This document shows, piece by piece, positions 40,886 to 48,942 of a DNA stretch of 51,635 nucleotides. The translations under genes and the position numbers were made by a program. Positions within the stretch are counted from its first letter, which is position 1, and every line of letters starts with the position of its first letter. The stretch comes from Desulfobacteraceae bacterium. Lineage in GTDB: Bacteria; Desulfobacterota; Desulfobacteria; Desulfobacterales; JAABSP01. The notes under the pieces are model-generated. The model had not been told where the DNA came from. It saw nothing but the letters and a program-made list of their open reading frames with translations, and ran no database searches. Location: NCBI GenBank assembly GCA_011389855.1, contig JAABTM010000004.1:1-51635 (forward strand), in the 5' to 3' direction.

Positions 40886-41689
40886 ATGACCGTATACAGA
40901 CAGAACGAAACGCGGCCGGAACGGATCGCCCTTACCATTGTAGGGTCGGGAACCTGTGTTCCCTCCCTGCGGCGCGGCGCCTGTTCGGTGCTGATGAGGA
41001 TCGCCGGGCGCTCGCTGTTGTTCGACTGCGGAGCCGGGACCATGCGCCGGCTCCTGGAGGCGGGGATCACGATCTTCGACATCGACGTCATCTTTTTCAG
41101 CCATCTCCATCCGGACCACAGCGGCGAACTCGCCGCCTTCTTGTTCGGCGCCAAATACGGCGGCGGACCGTCTCCGCGGCGGCCTCTCGCCCTGGTCGCC
41201 GGCAAGGGGTTTTCCGATTTCTTCGAGCGCTTGCGGGGGGTCTACGGCCAGTGGATCGATCCGGGCGAGGAAGGGTTGAAGATCGTCGAACTGGACGGCG
41301 GCCGGTCGGAAGAATTCCGGATCGACGACATCGTGGTCCGCTGCGCGCCAGCGGCCCATATCGATTCGAGCCTGGCCTACCGGGTCGCGGCGCCCGGCGG
41401 AGGGACGGCGGTCTATTCCGGCGATACGGACGTCAGCGACTCAGTGGTGGAACTGGCGAAGGGGGCCGATCTCTTCATCTGTGAATCGGCCCTGCCCGAC
41501 GAACACAAGGTCTCGGGCCACCTGACGCCCTCCCTGGCCGGGGAAATGGCGGCCAGAGCCGGTGTCGGGCGGCTGGTGCTTACCCATTTTTACCCCGAGT
41601 GCGACGCCGTGAACATCGCGGCACAGTGCCGGAAAACCTACGACGGTCCGCTGGTGCTGGCCGAAGACCTGCTGCGGTTGACGGTATGA
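40886..41689 (+). CDS. MBL-fold metallo-hydrolase
   Basis: HLHPDHSGEL (HxHxDH), then later GDTD and LTHF. Confidence 0.8.
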   Translation: MTVYRQNETRPERIALTIVGSGTCVPSLRRGACSVLMRIAGRSLLFDCGAGTMRRLLEAGITIFDIDVIFFSHLHPDHSGELAAFLFGAKYGGGPSPRRPLALVAGKGFSDFFERLRGVYGQWIDPGEEGLKIVELDGGRSEEFRIDDIVVRCAPAAHIDSSLAYRVAAPGGGTAVYSGDTDVSDSVVELAKGADLFICESALPDEHKVSGHLTPSLAGEMAARAGVGRLVLTHFYPECDAVNIAAQCRKTYDGPLVLAEDLLRLTV

Positions 41690-42378
41690 GCGGGACGCAT
41701 CGATATTACCCGGTCAACCTGGACATCCGGGACCGCCGGTGCCTGGTGGTGGGCGGCGGCGGCGTGGGGACCCGTAAAGTCGAAGGGCTGCGGGCCTGCG
41801 GCGCCCGGGTTACCCTGGTGAGCCCCCGGATATCGGACCGACTGCGGCCCCTGGCGGCGGACGGCCGGATCGAGTGGCGGGACCGGGACTACCAGACCGA
41901 TGATCTGGACGGCATGTTCCTGGTCATCGGCGCCACCGACGACGCGGATCTGAACCGCCGGATCCACGCCGACGCCGTGGACCGGAACATGCTCTGCAAC
42001 ATCGCGGACCGGCCCGAGGTCTGCAACTTCATCCTGCCGGCGGTGGTCCGGCGGGGAGATCTCATCCTGGCCGTCTCCACCTCGGGCCGGAGCCCGGCCT
42101 TCGCCAAAAAACTGCGGAAGGAGCTGGAGGCCCGGTTCGGCCCGGAATACGCCCTTTTCCTAAATCTCATGGGGGCCGTCCGGGCGAAGCTGCTGGCGGA
42201 GGCACATGCCCCCGAGGCCCACAAGCCCCTTTTCGAGGCCCTCATCGACCGGGATCTGCCGGGGCTGCTCAAGGCCGGGGAGATGCCGGCCGTGGACGCC
42301 GTCCTGTCCGATGTGCTGGGGCCGGGGTTCCGGTACGACGATCTCATGGACGACGGGCAACGGGGGGCGACCTCATGA
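41686..42378 (+). CDS. precorrin-2 dehydrogenase / sirohydrochlorin ferrochelatase (siroheme synthase N-terminal-domain type)
   Basis: The ATG at 41686 overlaps the previous stop (ATGA). YPVNLDIRDRRCLVVGGGGVGTRKVEGL Rossmann motif. 230 aa. Confidence 0.8.
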   Translation: MSGTHRYYPVNLDIRDRRCLVVGGGGVGTRKVEGLRACGARVTLVSPRISDRLRPLAADGRIEWRDRDYQTDDLDGMFLVIGATDDADLNRRIHADAVDRNMLCNIADRPEVCNFILPAVVRRGDLILAVSTSGRSPAFAKKLRKELEARFGPEYALFLNLMGAVRAKLLAEAHAPEAHKPLFEALIDRDLPGLLKAGEMPAVDAVLSDVLGPGFRYDDLMDDGQRGATS

Positions 42379-43199
42379 TGCAGCTGTTTTCCATGGCGGC
42401 CCTTTTCCTCTATCTGCTGAGCACGGCGGGGTACGTGAGCTACCTCTTTTTGCAAAAGGACGTCCTCCACCGGGCGGGATGGGGACTGCTGGGGGCGGGA
42501 TTTCTGGCCAACCTGGCCGCCATCCTCTATGAATTTATAGCCGCCGGACGGTTTCCGGTGGGAAATCTCCAGGAGACCCTCTCGGTGGCCGCCTGCACCC
42601 TGGCGGGCCTGTTCCTGGTGTTTCAGCACCGGTACCGGCTGCGGGTCCTGGGCGTCTACGCGGCGCCGCTGGCGGCCCTGATCATGTCGGTTTCGGTCCG
42701 GTTGCCCAAAGCGCCTTCCCAGATGGAGATCGTGTTCAACAACTTCTGGATCATCTTCCACGTGGTGGTGATCTTCATCGGCAACGCCGCCTTCGCCCTG
42801 GCCGCCGGGGCCGGCATCCTCTATCTTATGCAGGAAAGCGCCATCAAGGGCAAGAATCACGGTTTCTTCTTCCACCGGCTCCCCTCCCTCAACCTTCTGG
42901 ATACGGTGGGGTACGCCAGCATCGTGGTGGGCTTCACCATGTTCACCCTGGGCCTTATCACGGGGTTTCTGTACGCCAAGATGGTCTGGGGCCGGTTCTG
43001 GAGCTGGGACCCCAAGGAGGTCTGGTCCGGCGTCATGTGGCTCTTCTACGCCGCCCTGCTCCACGAGCGGCTGGCGACCGGCTGGCGGGGCCGGAAGGCC
43101 GCCATCATGTCCATTGTCGGATTCGGGGTGCTCCTGTTTACCTTTCTCGGCGTCAATTTTCTCCTGACCGGTCATCACGGCGCCTTTACCCGGTGGTAA
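42375..43199 (+). CDS. CcsA/HemX-like cytochrome c assembly family membrane protein
   Basis: 274 aa, polytopic. Trp-rich motif WGRFWSWDPKEVWS. Start overlaps the previous stop. Confidence 0.75.
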   Translation: MMQLFSMAALFLYLLSTAGYVSYLFLQKDVLHRAGWGLLGAGFLANLAAILYEFIAAGRFPVGNLQETLSVAACTLAGLFLVFQHRYRLRVLGVYAAPLAALIMSVSVRLPKAPSQMEIVFNNFWIIFHVVVIFIGNAAFALAAGAGILYLMQESAIKGKNHGFFFHRLPSLNLLDTVGYASIVVGFTMFTLGLITGFLYAKMVWGRFWSWDPKEVWSGVMWLFYAALLHERLATGWRGRKAAIMSIVGFGVLLFTFLGVNFLLTGHHGAFTRW

Positions 43200-43233
43200 G
43201 GCCGCCGCCGCAACCAAATACTGAACAGCAGTC

Positions 43234-44565
43234 ATGGATTACATCATTATATTGGGGTTGAACCACAAAACCGCTCCCGTGGAATTGCGGGAGTGCCTGG
43301 CCTTTTCCGGGGAAGAGACCGATGCGCTGCTCCGTTCTTTTTCGGAGCACGCCGCCATCAAGGAATCGATCCTGGTTTCCACCTGCAACCGGGTGGAGAT
43401 CCTTCTGACCTCGCCGGACAGCGACGCGGCCATCGGGGCCGCCAAACGGTTTATTTCGGAATACAAACGGATCCCCGTGTCCCGGTTCGAGGAGAGCCTC
43501 TACATCCACCAGGGCGACGACGCCATCCGCCACATCTTCCGGGTGGCCGCCAGCCTCGATTCCATGGTGGTGGGCGAGCCCCAGATCCTGGGGCAGATCA
43601 AGGAGGCCTACCGGACCGCCGCCCTGAAGCGGACCTCGGGGGTCATCCTCAACCGGCTGCTCCACAAGACCTTTTTCGTGGCCAAACGGGTCCGGAGCGA
43701 GACCGGCATCGGCGACCACGCGGTCTCCATCAGCTACGCGGCCATCGAACTGGGCCGGAAAATCTTCGGCAGCCTGGAGGGGATGCGGGTTCTGCTCATC
43801 GGCGCCGGGGAAATGGCCGAACTGGCGGTGGAACACCTCATCCGTCACCGGTCCGGGGATATCTTCGTGGCCAACCGGACCTTCGAACGGGGCATCGAGC
43901 TGGCCCGCCGCTTCCGGGGAACGGCCATCCGGTTCGAGGAGATCGGCGGCATGCTCCAGAAGGTGGACATCATAATCTCCTCCACCGGCTCGCCGGAGTA
44001 CGTCATCGACCGGAAAATGGTCAAGGCGGCAATGGGCGGCCGGAAGCACCGGCCCCTTTTTTTCATCGACATAGCCGTCCCCCGGGACATCGATCCGCGG
44101 ATCAACCGGATGGACAACGCCTATGTCTACGACATCGACGATCTCAAGGGGGTCATCGACGAGAACATCGAGGACCGGAACAGGGAGGCGGTGAAGGCGG
44201 AACGGATCATCGACGCCGCCGTGGTCAGCTTCCGAAAGTGGTACGAAAGTCTCGACGTGGTGCCGACCATCAAGGCCCTCCGGGGGAAGATGGCGGAGAT
44301 CGCCCGGTCCGAGGTGGAAAAGACCCTGGGGATCCTCCACCACCTGTCGGAGGCGGACGCCGAGGCCATCCACCGGATGACCGAGGCCCTGATCAATAAA
44401 ATGATGCATGATCCGACGATTTTTCTGAAAAACAACGGCTGCCTGCGGGACAAAGCCTACTATGTGGACATCACCCGAAGACTTTTCAACCTGGACCCGG
44501 CAGAGCTGTCCGGTTCGGGGGCCCGTCCAGGGGACAGCCAACATCGCACCGAGGAGGAACTGTGA
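43234..44565 (+). CDS. hemA: glutamyl-tRNA reductase
   Basis: GLNHKTAPVELRE, the catalytic-Cys region STCNRVEI and the NADPH site LLIGAGEMAEL. Confidence 0.95.
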   Translation: MDYIIILGLNHKTAPVELRECLAFSGEETDALLRSFSEHAAIKESILVSTCNRVEILLTSPDSDAAIGAAKRFISEYKRIPVSRFEESLYIHQGDDAIRHIFRVAASLDSMVVGEPQILGQIKEAYRTAALKRTSGVILNRLLHKTFFVAKRVRSETGIGDHAVSISYAAIELGRKIFGSLEGMRVLLIGAGEMAELAVEHLIRHRSGDIFVANRTFERGIELARRFRGTAIRFEEIGGMLQKVDIIISSTGSPEYVIDRKMVKAAMGGRKHRPLFFIDIAVPRDIDPRINRMDNAYVYDIDDLKGVIDENIEDRNREAVKAERIIDAAVVSFRKWYESLDVVPTIKALRGKMAEIARSEVEKTLGILHHLSEADAEAIHRMTEALINKMMHDPTIFLKNNGCLRDKAYYVDITRRLFNLDPAELSGSGARPGDSQHRTEEEL

Positions 44566-45500
44566 AGAAATGCGCCTTTCTGTTTCCCGGCCAGGGGTCT
44601 CAATCCGTGGGGATGGGCAAAGACGTTCATGACGCCGATCCGAAGGTCCGGGAGATATTCGACGCGGTCTGCGAGATCACCCAACAAGACATCCGGAAAC
44701 TCTGCTTCGAGGGCCCCATGGATGTATTGACCGAAACGGTCAATCTCCAGCCGGCCCTGACCGCGGTCAACCTCGGGTATCTGTCCGCCCTGACGGCGGG
44801 CGGCGCGTCGCCGGTGATTTCCGCCGGCCACAGCCTGGGGGAATACGCCGCCCTGTGCGCCGCCGGCGCGCTCTCGGTCCCCGACGCCCTGGGGGCGGTG
44901 TTCAAACGGGGATCACTGATGCACCGCGAATCCCGGAAACACCAGGGGGCCATGCAGGCCATCGTGGGACTGCCCATGGAGACGGTGTCGGTGCTGGTGG
45001 CCAATGCCTCGGCCCACGGGCCGGTGTCGGTGGCCAACCACAATTCCGAGACCCAGATCGTCATCACCGGCGCGCCCGAACCGGTGGAAAAGGCGGCCAT
45101 CGCGGCCCGGGAAAAGGGGGCCAGGGCCATCCCCCTCAAAGTGAGCGGCGCCTGGCACAGCGACCTGATGCGCGGCGCCGAAGCGGAGTTCGGCGAGTTT
45201 CTGTCGGGGCTGACCTTCGGGTCCCCCAAAAGCCCCGTCGTCTTCAATGTGACCGCGGAAGTGGAGACCGATCCGGATGCGATCCGGTCCCTGATGGCCC
45301 GGCAGCTCCGCAGCCCGGTTCGGTGGTACGACATCATGGTCCGGCTGATGGGGGAAGGGGTGGAGGTCTTTGCGGAAGTGGGGCCCGGCAAGGTCCTGAC
45401 CGGCCTGCTGAAAAAGACCCTGCCCAAAGGGCATCATTACGGCATCTACAACATCAACACCGTCAAAGGGGTCGAGGATTTTCTGGCCGAGGTGGTGTAG
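44562..45500 (+). CDS. fabD: malonyl CoA-ACP transacylase
   Basis: The GTG start overlaps the hemA TGA (GTGA) and follows gaggagg. FPGQGSQ and GHSLGEY. Confidence 0.92.
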   Translation: MKKCAFLFPGQGSQSVGMGKDVHDADPKVREIFDAVCEITQQDIRKLCFEGPMDVLTETVNLQPALTAVNLGYLSALTAGGASPVISAGHSLGEYAALCAAGALSVPDALGAVFKRGSLMHRESRKHQGAMQAIVGLPMETVSVLVANASAHGPVSVANHNSETQIVITGAPEPVEKAAIAAREKGARAIPLKVSGAWHSDLMRGAEAEFGEFLSGLTFGSPKSPVVFNVTAEVETDPDAIRSLMARQLRSPVRWYDIMVRLMGEGVEVFAEVGPGKVLTGLLKKTLPKGHHYGIYNINTVKGVEDFLAEVV

Positions 45501-45537
45501 CGGCGGGCAGGCGGGTCGTCCGGCCGAAGGGGCGTCT

Positions 45538-45963
45538 TCAGGCGTCGGGGTCGGGCGGCTTGGCGACGGGGAACTTGAAGAACTTGACCCCTTCTTCCTG
45601 GAGGGTCTTTTCCTCGGCATCGGTGCTGACCCCCCGGATGTTCCGGGGTTCTTCCGCGCCGTAATGGATCTTCAGGGCCTCCTTGGCGAAATCGCACCCC
45701 ACGTCATCGAAGTTGTTCTCCACAAAATGGGAAATTTCTTTGCCCAGGGCCTCGATCCGGGCCTTTTTCCCGGCGAGATCCGCGGCGCCGGGCCGGGGGG
45801 AGGATTTGATGGCGAAGGTCGACAGTTTCTTGGCGACGTCGGTGGTTTCGCAAAACGGGCAGGCGATGAGGGACCGCGCCTTCTGGTCCTCGTAGGCGCT
45901 GCTGTCCGCGAACCATCCTTCGAAAGTATGTCCGTTGGTACACTCCAGGTCGAATGCGATCAT
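45538..45963 (-). CDS. DUF1178-like zinc-ribbon protein
   Basis: This is the track ORF trimmed to the ATG at 45963. MIAFDLECTNGHTFEGWF...CPFCETTDV. Confidence 0.65.
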   Translation of the reverse strand: MIAFDLECTNGHTFEGWFADSSAYEDQKARSLIACPFCETTDVAKKLSTFAIKSSPRPGAADLAGKKARIEALGKEISHFVENNFDDVGCDFAKEALKIHYGAEEPRNIRGVSTDAEEKTLQEEGVKFFKFPVAKPPDPDA

Positions 45964-46218
45964 GGCGATGAGGGGTCTCCCTTTTATTCGGACACAATAG
46001 CATCTCTCATCCCCGGAGTAAAGCCCAAACGGCGGCTCGAACGGGTGCATCGTTAATCGGCCGCCAATGTGAATAAGTGGCTTGACAGAGGCGCTGATTT
46101 CAAAAAGAATGGCTGTTTTAAAGCGGGTCCGCGACGGAGACCGCATCGATCAACGTTTATAAGAGAACGAAACCGAAGGTGAAGGATGGATTCTGAAGAG
46201 AACAGGAGTAAACGGATC

Positions 46219-46857
46219 ATGAAGAGGATCGGAATCGCGGTGACGGCGGTGATGCTCCTCGCCGCCATGGCCCACGCCGAAACCAAATACGTCAACGACA
46301 TCATGAAGATCACCTTCCGGACGGGGCCGGGCATCGCGCACAAGGTGCTCGACGAGGTGCCGTCGGGGGAGCGGGTGGAGGTCCTGCGCGCCGAAAACAC
46401 CTGGAGCCAGGTCCGCCTGCCCGACGACCGGACCGGATGGGTTCTGAACCGTTTTTTGACCAGCGACCGGCCCAAAACCCTCCAGCTCAATCAGGCCAAG
46501 GAAAAGGCGGCCGAATTGACGGAGGAGATGACGGCATTGTCTTCCGAAAACGACCGGTTGAAGACCGAGAATCAGTCCCTCAAGGAGACGGTGGAAAAAA
46601 CCCGGGCGGACCTGGCGGAGGTCCGGCGATCCTATGAAAATCTGAAAGACAACAGCGGCGACTATCTCCAGATGAAAGAGGCGTATGAGACGACGGAAAA
46701 GTCCCTCTCGGAGCAGCGGAAACGGCTGGATGTGGTGGAAAAACGGCTCCGGGAGCGAAACATCTACCTGTTTCTGAGCGGGGCCGGGGTGCTGGTTCTG
46801 GGCTTTCTGGTGGGCCGCGGCGGCAGGAGCAGCCGACGGCGATCGCCGTATCTGTAG
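46219..46857 (+). CDS. SH3-domain protein with coiled coil and a C-terminal TM anchor
   Basis: Signal peptide MKRIGIAVTAVMLLAAMAHA, bacterial SH3 region (RTGPG..HKVLDEVPSGERVEVL...WSQVRL.DDRTGWV), a coiled coil and a C-terminal TM segment. The track start at 46186 is also possible. Confidence 0.75.
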   Translation: MKRIGIAVTAVMLLAAMAHAETKYVNDIMKITFRTGPGIAHKVLDEVPSGERVEVLRAENTWSQVRLPDDRTGWVLNRFLTSDRPKTLQLNQAKEKAAELTEEMTALSSENDRLKTENQSLKETVEKTRADLAEVRRSYENLKDNSGDYLQMKEAYETTEKSLSEQRKRLDVVEKRLRERNIYLFLSGAGVLVLGFLVGRGGRSSRRRSPYL

Positions 46858-47008
46858 GCGGGAAGCCGCGGCGGCATGGCCAAAGGCGTTGACAACCCGG
46901 ATTTCTGCATTAGTTTCTTGTCGTTTGGGAACAAGGATCCATTCCTATTTTCAAAAATCGTCGGCAAGACGTCAATTCAGGAGATGAACAGGATAATCAG
47001 GACATTCA

Positions 47009-48142
47009 ATGGCAGCTAAACGGGACTACTACGAGGTACTGGGGATCGCCAAAAGCGCCTCCAACGGTGAGATCAAGACGGCGTATCGAAAACTGGCGCT
47101 GAAATACCATCCGGATCGAAACCCCGGCGACAAGGAAGCGGAGGACAAATTCAAGGAGGCGGCCGAGGCCTACGAGGTGCTGCGGGACGACAAGAAACGG
47201 TCCCTCTACGATCAGTACGGTCATCAGGGCCTCGAAGGCGCCGGCTTCTCGGGATTCGGCGGATTCGACGACATCTTCTCCAGCTTCGGGGACATTTTCG
47301 AGGAGTTTTTCGGATTCCGGACGGGACGGCGATCCCAGAGCCGGGCGAGCCGGGGGAACGATCTCCGCTACGACATGACCCTCTCCTTTATGGAAGCGGC
47401 TTTTGGGAAAGAAACCGAGGTCACCGTCGAAAAGATGGTGGTCTGCCCGGAGTGCAACGGCAGCGCCTGCGCCCCAGGCACATACCCCGAAACCTGCCGC
47501 CAGTGCGGCGGCGCCGGCCAGGTGACCCGCACTCAGGGGTTTTTCACCGTCCGCACCGCCTGCCCCCAGTGCCGGGGCAACGGCCAGACCATCACCACCC
47601 CCTGCGAAAACTGCCGCGGCGCCGGCAAGGTGGAGGATGCCAAACGGGTGACGGTGAAGATCCCCGCCGGCGTGGACAACGGTTCCCGGCTGCGGCTCAC
47701 CGGAGAGGGCGAGCCCGGGTCCAACGGCGGACCTCCCGGCGACCTCTATGTGTTCATCTCGGTGCAGCCCCACGATTTCTTCGAGCGGGACGGCGTCAAC
47801 ATCATCTGCCAGATTTCCATTTCTTTCGTTCAGGCGGCCCTGGGCGACGATATCCCGGTCGAGACCCTCAACGGGGAAAAGAAGCTCAAGGTTACCAGGG
47901 GAACCCAGCCCGGGGAGATTCTCCGGTTCCGCGGCGAGGGCATCCCTTCTCTCCGGACCCGGGAGCGGGGCGACCAGATCATCCAGGTCATGGTCAAGAC
48001 CCCCACCAATCTGACCAAAAAGCAGGAGTCGCTGTTGAAGGAGTTCTCGAAGCTCGAATCCCAGAAGCTCTCCACCAGGTTCAAAAACATCTTCAAAGGG
48101 GATTCGGGCCGAAAAGAAGATTCGGCCCGGGCCGCCCGTTAG
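47009..48142 (+). CDS. dnaJ: molecular chaperone DnaJ
   Basis: J-domain with HPD ([10 protein letters not shown]), a G/F region and four CxxCxGxG repeats. Confidence 0.95.
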   Translation: MAAKRDYYEVLGIAKSASNGEIKTAYRKLALKYHPDRNPGDKEAEDKFKEAAEAYEVLRDDKKRSLYDQYGHQGLEGAGFSGFGGFDDIFSSFGDIFEEFFGFRTGRRSQSRASRGNDLRYDMTLSFMEAAFGKETEVTVEKMVVCPECNGSACAPGTYPETCRQCGGAGQVTRTQGFFTVRTACPQCRGNGQTITTPCENCRGAGKVEDAKRVTVKIPAGVDNGSRLRLTGEGEPGSNGGPPGDLYVFISVQPHDFFERDGVNIICQISISFVQAALGDDIPVETLNGEKKLKVTRGTQPGEILRFRGEGIPSLRTRERGDQIIQVMVKTPTNLTKKQESLLKEFSKLESQKLSTRFKNIFKGDSGRKEDSARAAR

Positions 48143-48170
48143 CGGCGACGCCCGGTAAAGGAGGAGCGCC

Positions 48171-48548
48171 TTGTCCCAGTTCGAGCTGAAAATCGTCACC
48201 CATTTCGCCGCCGCCCATCAACTCAAGATGGTCGCCCAAAAATGCGAAAACCTCCACGGCCACAACTGGAAAGTGGAGGTCCGGGTGGTCGGCGACAGAC
48301 TGGACGAGGCCGGCATCCTCATGGATTTCGGGGTTCTCAAAAAGCACGTGGCCGAGGTGATGGACACCCTCGACCACAAATTCTTAAACGAAACCGACCT
48401 CTTCAGCGACGCCTACCCCCCCTCCTCGGAGAACATCGCCCGATATGTCGCCCGATCTCTCGAAGACCGGCTCTCGGACACGCCGGCCCGGGTCAGCCGG
48501 GTCGGCGCGTGGGAGTCGGAGAATGCGTGTGCGACGTATATTCCCTAG
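48171..48548 (+). CDS. queD: 6-carboxy-5,6,7,8-tetrahydropterin synthase
   Basis: TTG start after aaaggagg. 125 aa, with CENLHGHNWKVEV and LDHKFLN. Confidence 0.85.
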   Translation: MSQFELKIVTHFAAAHQLKMVAQKCENLHGHNWKVEVRVVGDRLDEAGILMDFGVLKKHVAEVMDTLDHKFLNETDLFSDAYPPSSENIARYVARSLEDRLSDTPARVSRVGAWESENACATYIP

Positions 48549-48786
48549 TTAAAAAGCATTTCCAAATCCTAACGCAGCTAAACCATCTTCCAAACCACTC
48601 CGTTTTCCCTACGAATCCGATCAACACAAATACATGCATGTTCTTTTTCTATACGCAATAGACAAATCCCTCATGCCATGGTGGAGCGGACAGGCGGCGC
48701 CAAGAAAGCCTCTGTGCTCCGCATCAAGCCTTGATGATCGCTAAAAATTTAAAAAATGTTCAAAAAAGAATAGCAATAAGTGTATT

Positions 48787-48803
48787 ACAATGTTAATCAT
48801 TGT
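48787..48803. promoter_or_regulatory. inverted repeat ACAATG-ttaat-CATTGT upstream of the mini-HTH ORF
   Basis: Read directly. It ends 33 nt before the ATG at 48837. Any operator role is inferred. Confidence 0.3.
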
Positions 48804-48836
48804 TATGAGCAAAAATTTAAAATGTGATTTACCACG

Positions 48837-48938
48837 ATGAAATATACTCCTACACAAATTCGCTCCCTGGTTGATTTGCCTGAGCAGGCTTTTCGCCATT
48901 GGCGCAAAGTTTTGCTTTCGCAAAGGGATGCGGGATAA
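48837..48938 (+). CDS. 33-aa HTH-like mini-ORF (excisionase/AlpA/MerR-type helix-turn-helix pattern)
   Basis: Not in the ORF track. MKYTPTQIRSLVDLPEQAFRHWRKVLLSQRDAG. The segment T.QIRSLVDLPEQAFRHWRK resembles the s..evA.llgvs..TlyrWik pattern. The stop lies 4 nt before the methyltransferase ATG. Confidence 0.35.
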   Translation: MKYTPTQIRSLVDLPEQAFRHWRKVLLSQRDAG

Positions 48939-48942
48939 GCCA

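Noticed and set aside
41889-44544. 448-aa and 452-aa minus-strand ORFs over the sirC/ccsA-like/hemA genes
   Set aside because: They are antisense to recognised genes with GC-driven open frames.
47006-48199. 397-aa minus-strand ORF opposite dnaJ
   Set aside because: dnaJ is unambiguous (HPD motif and four CxxCxGxG repeats). The antisense frame has no features.
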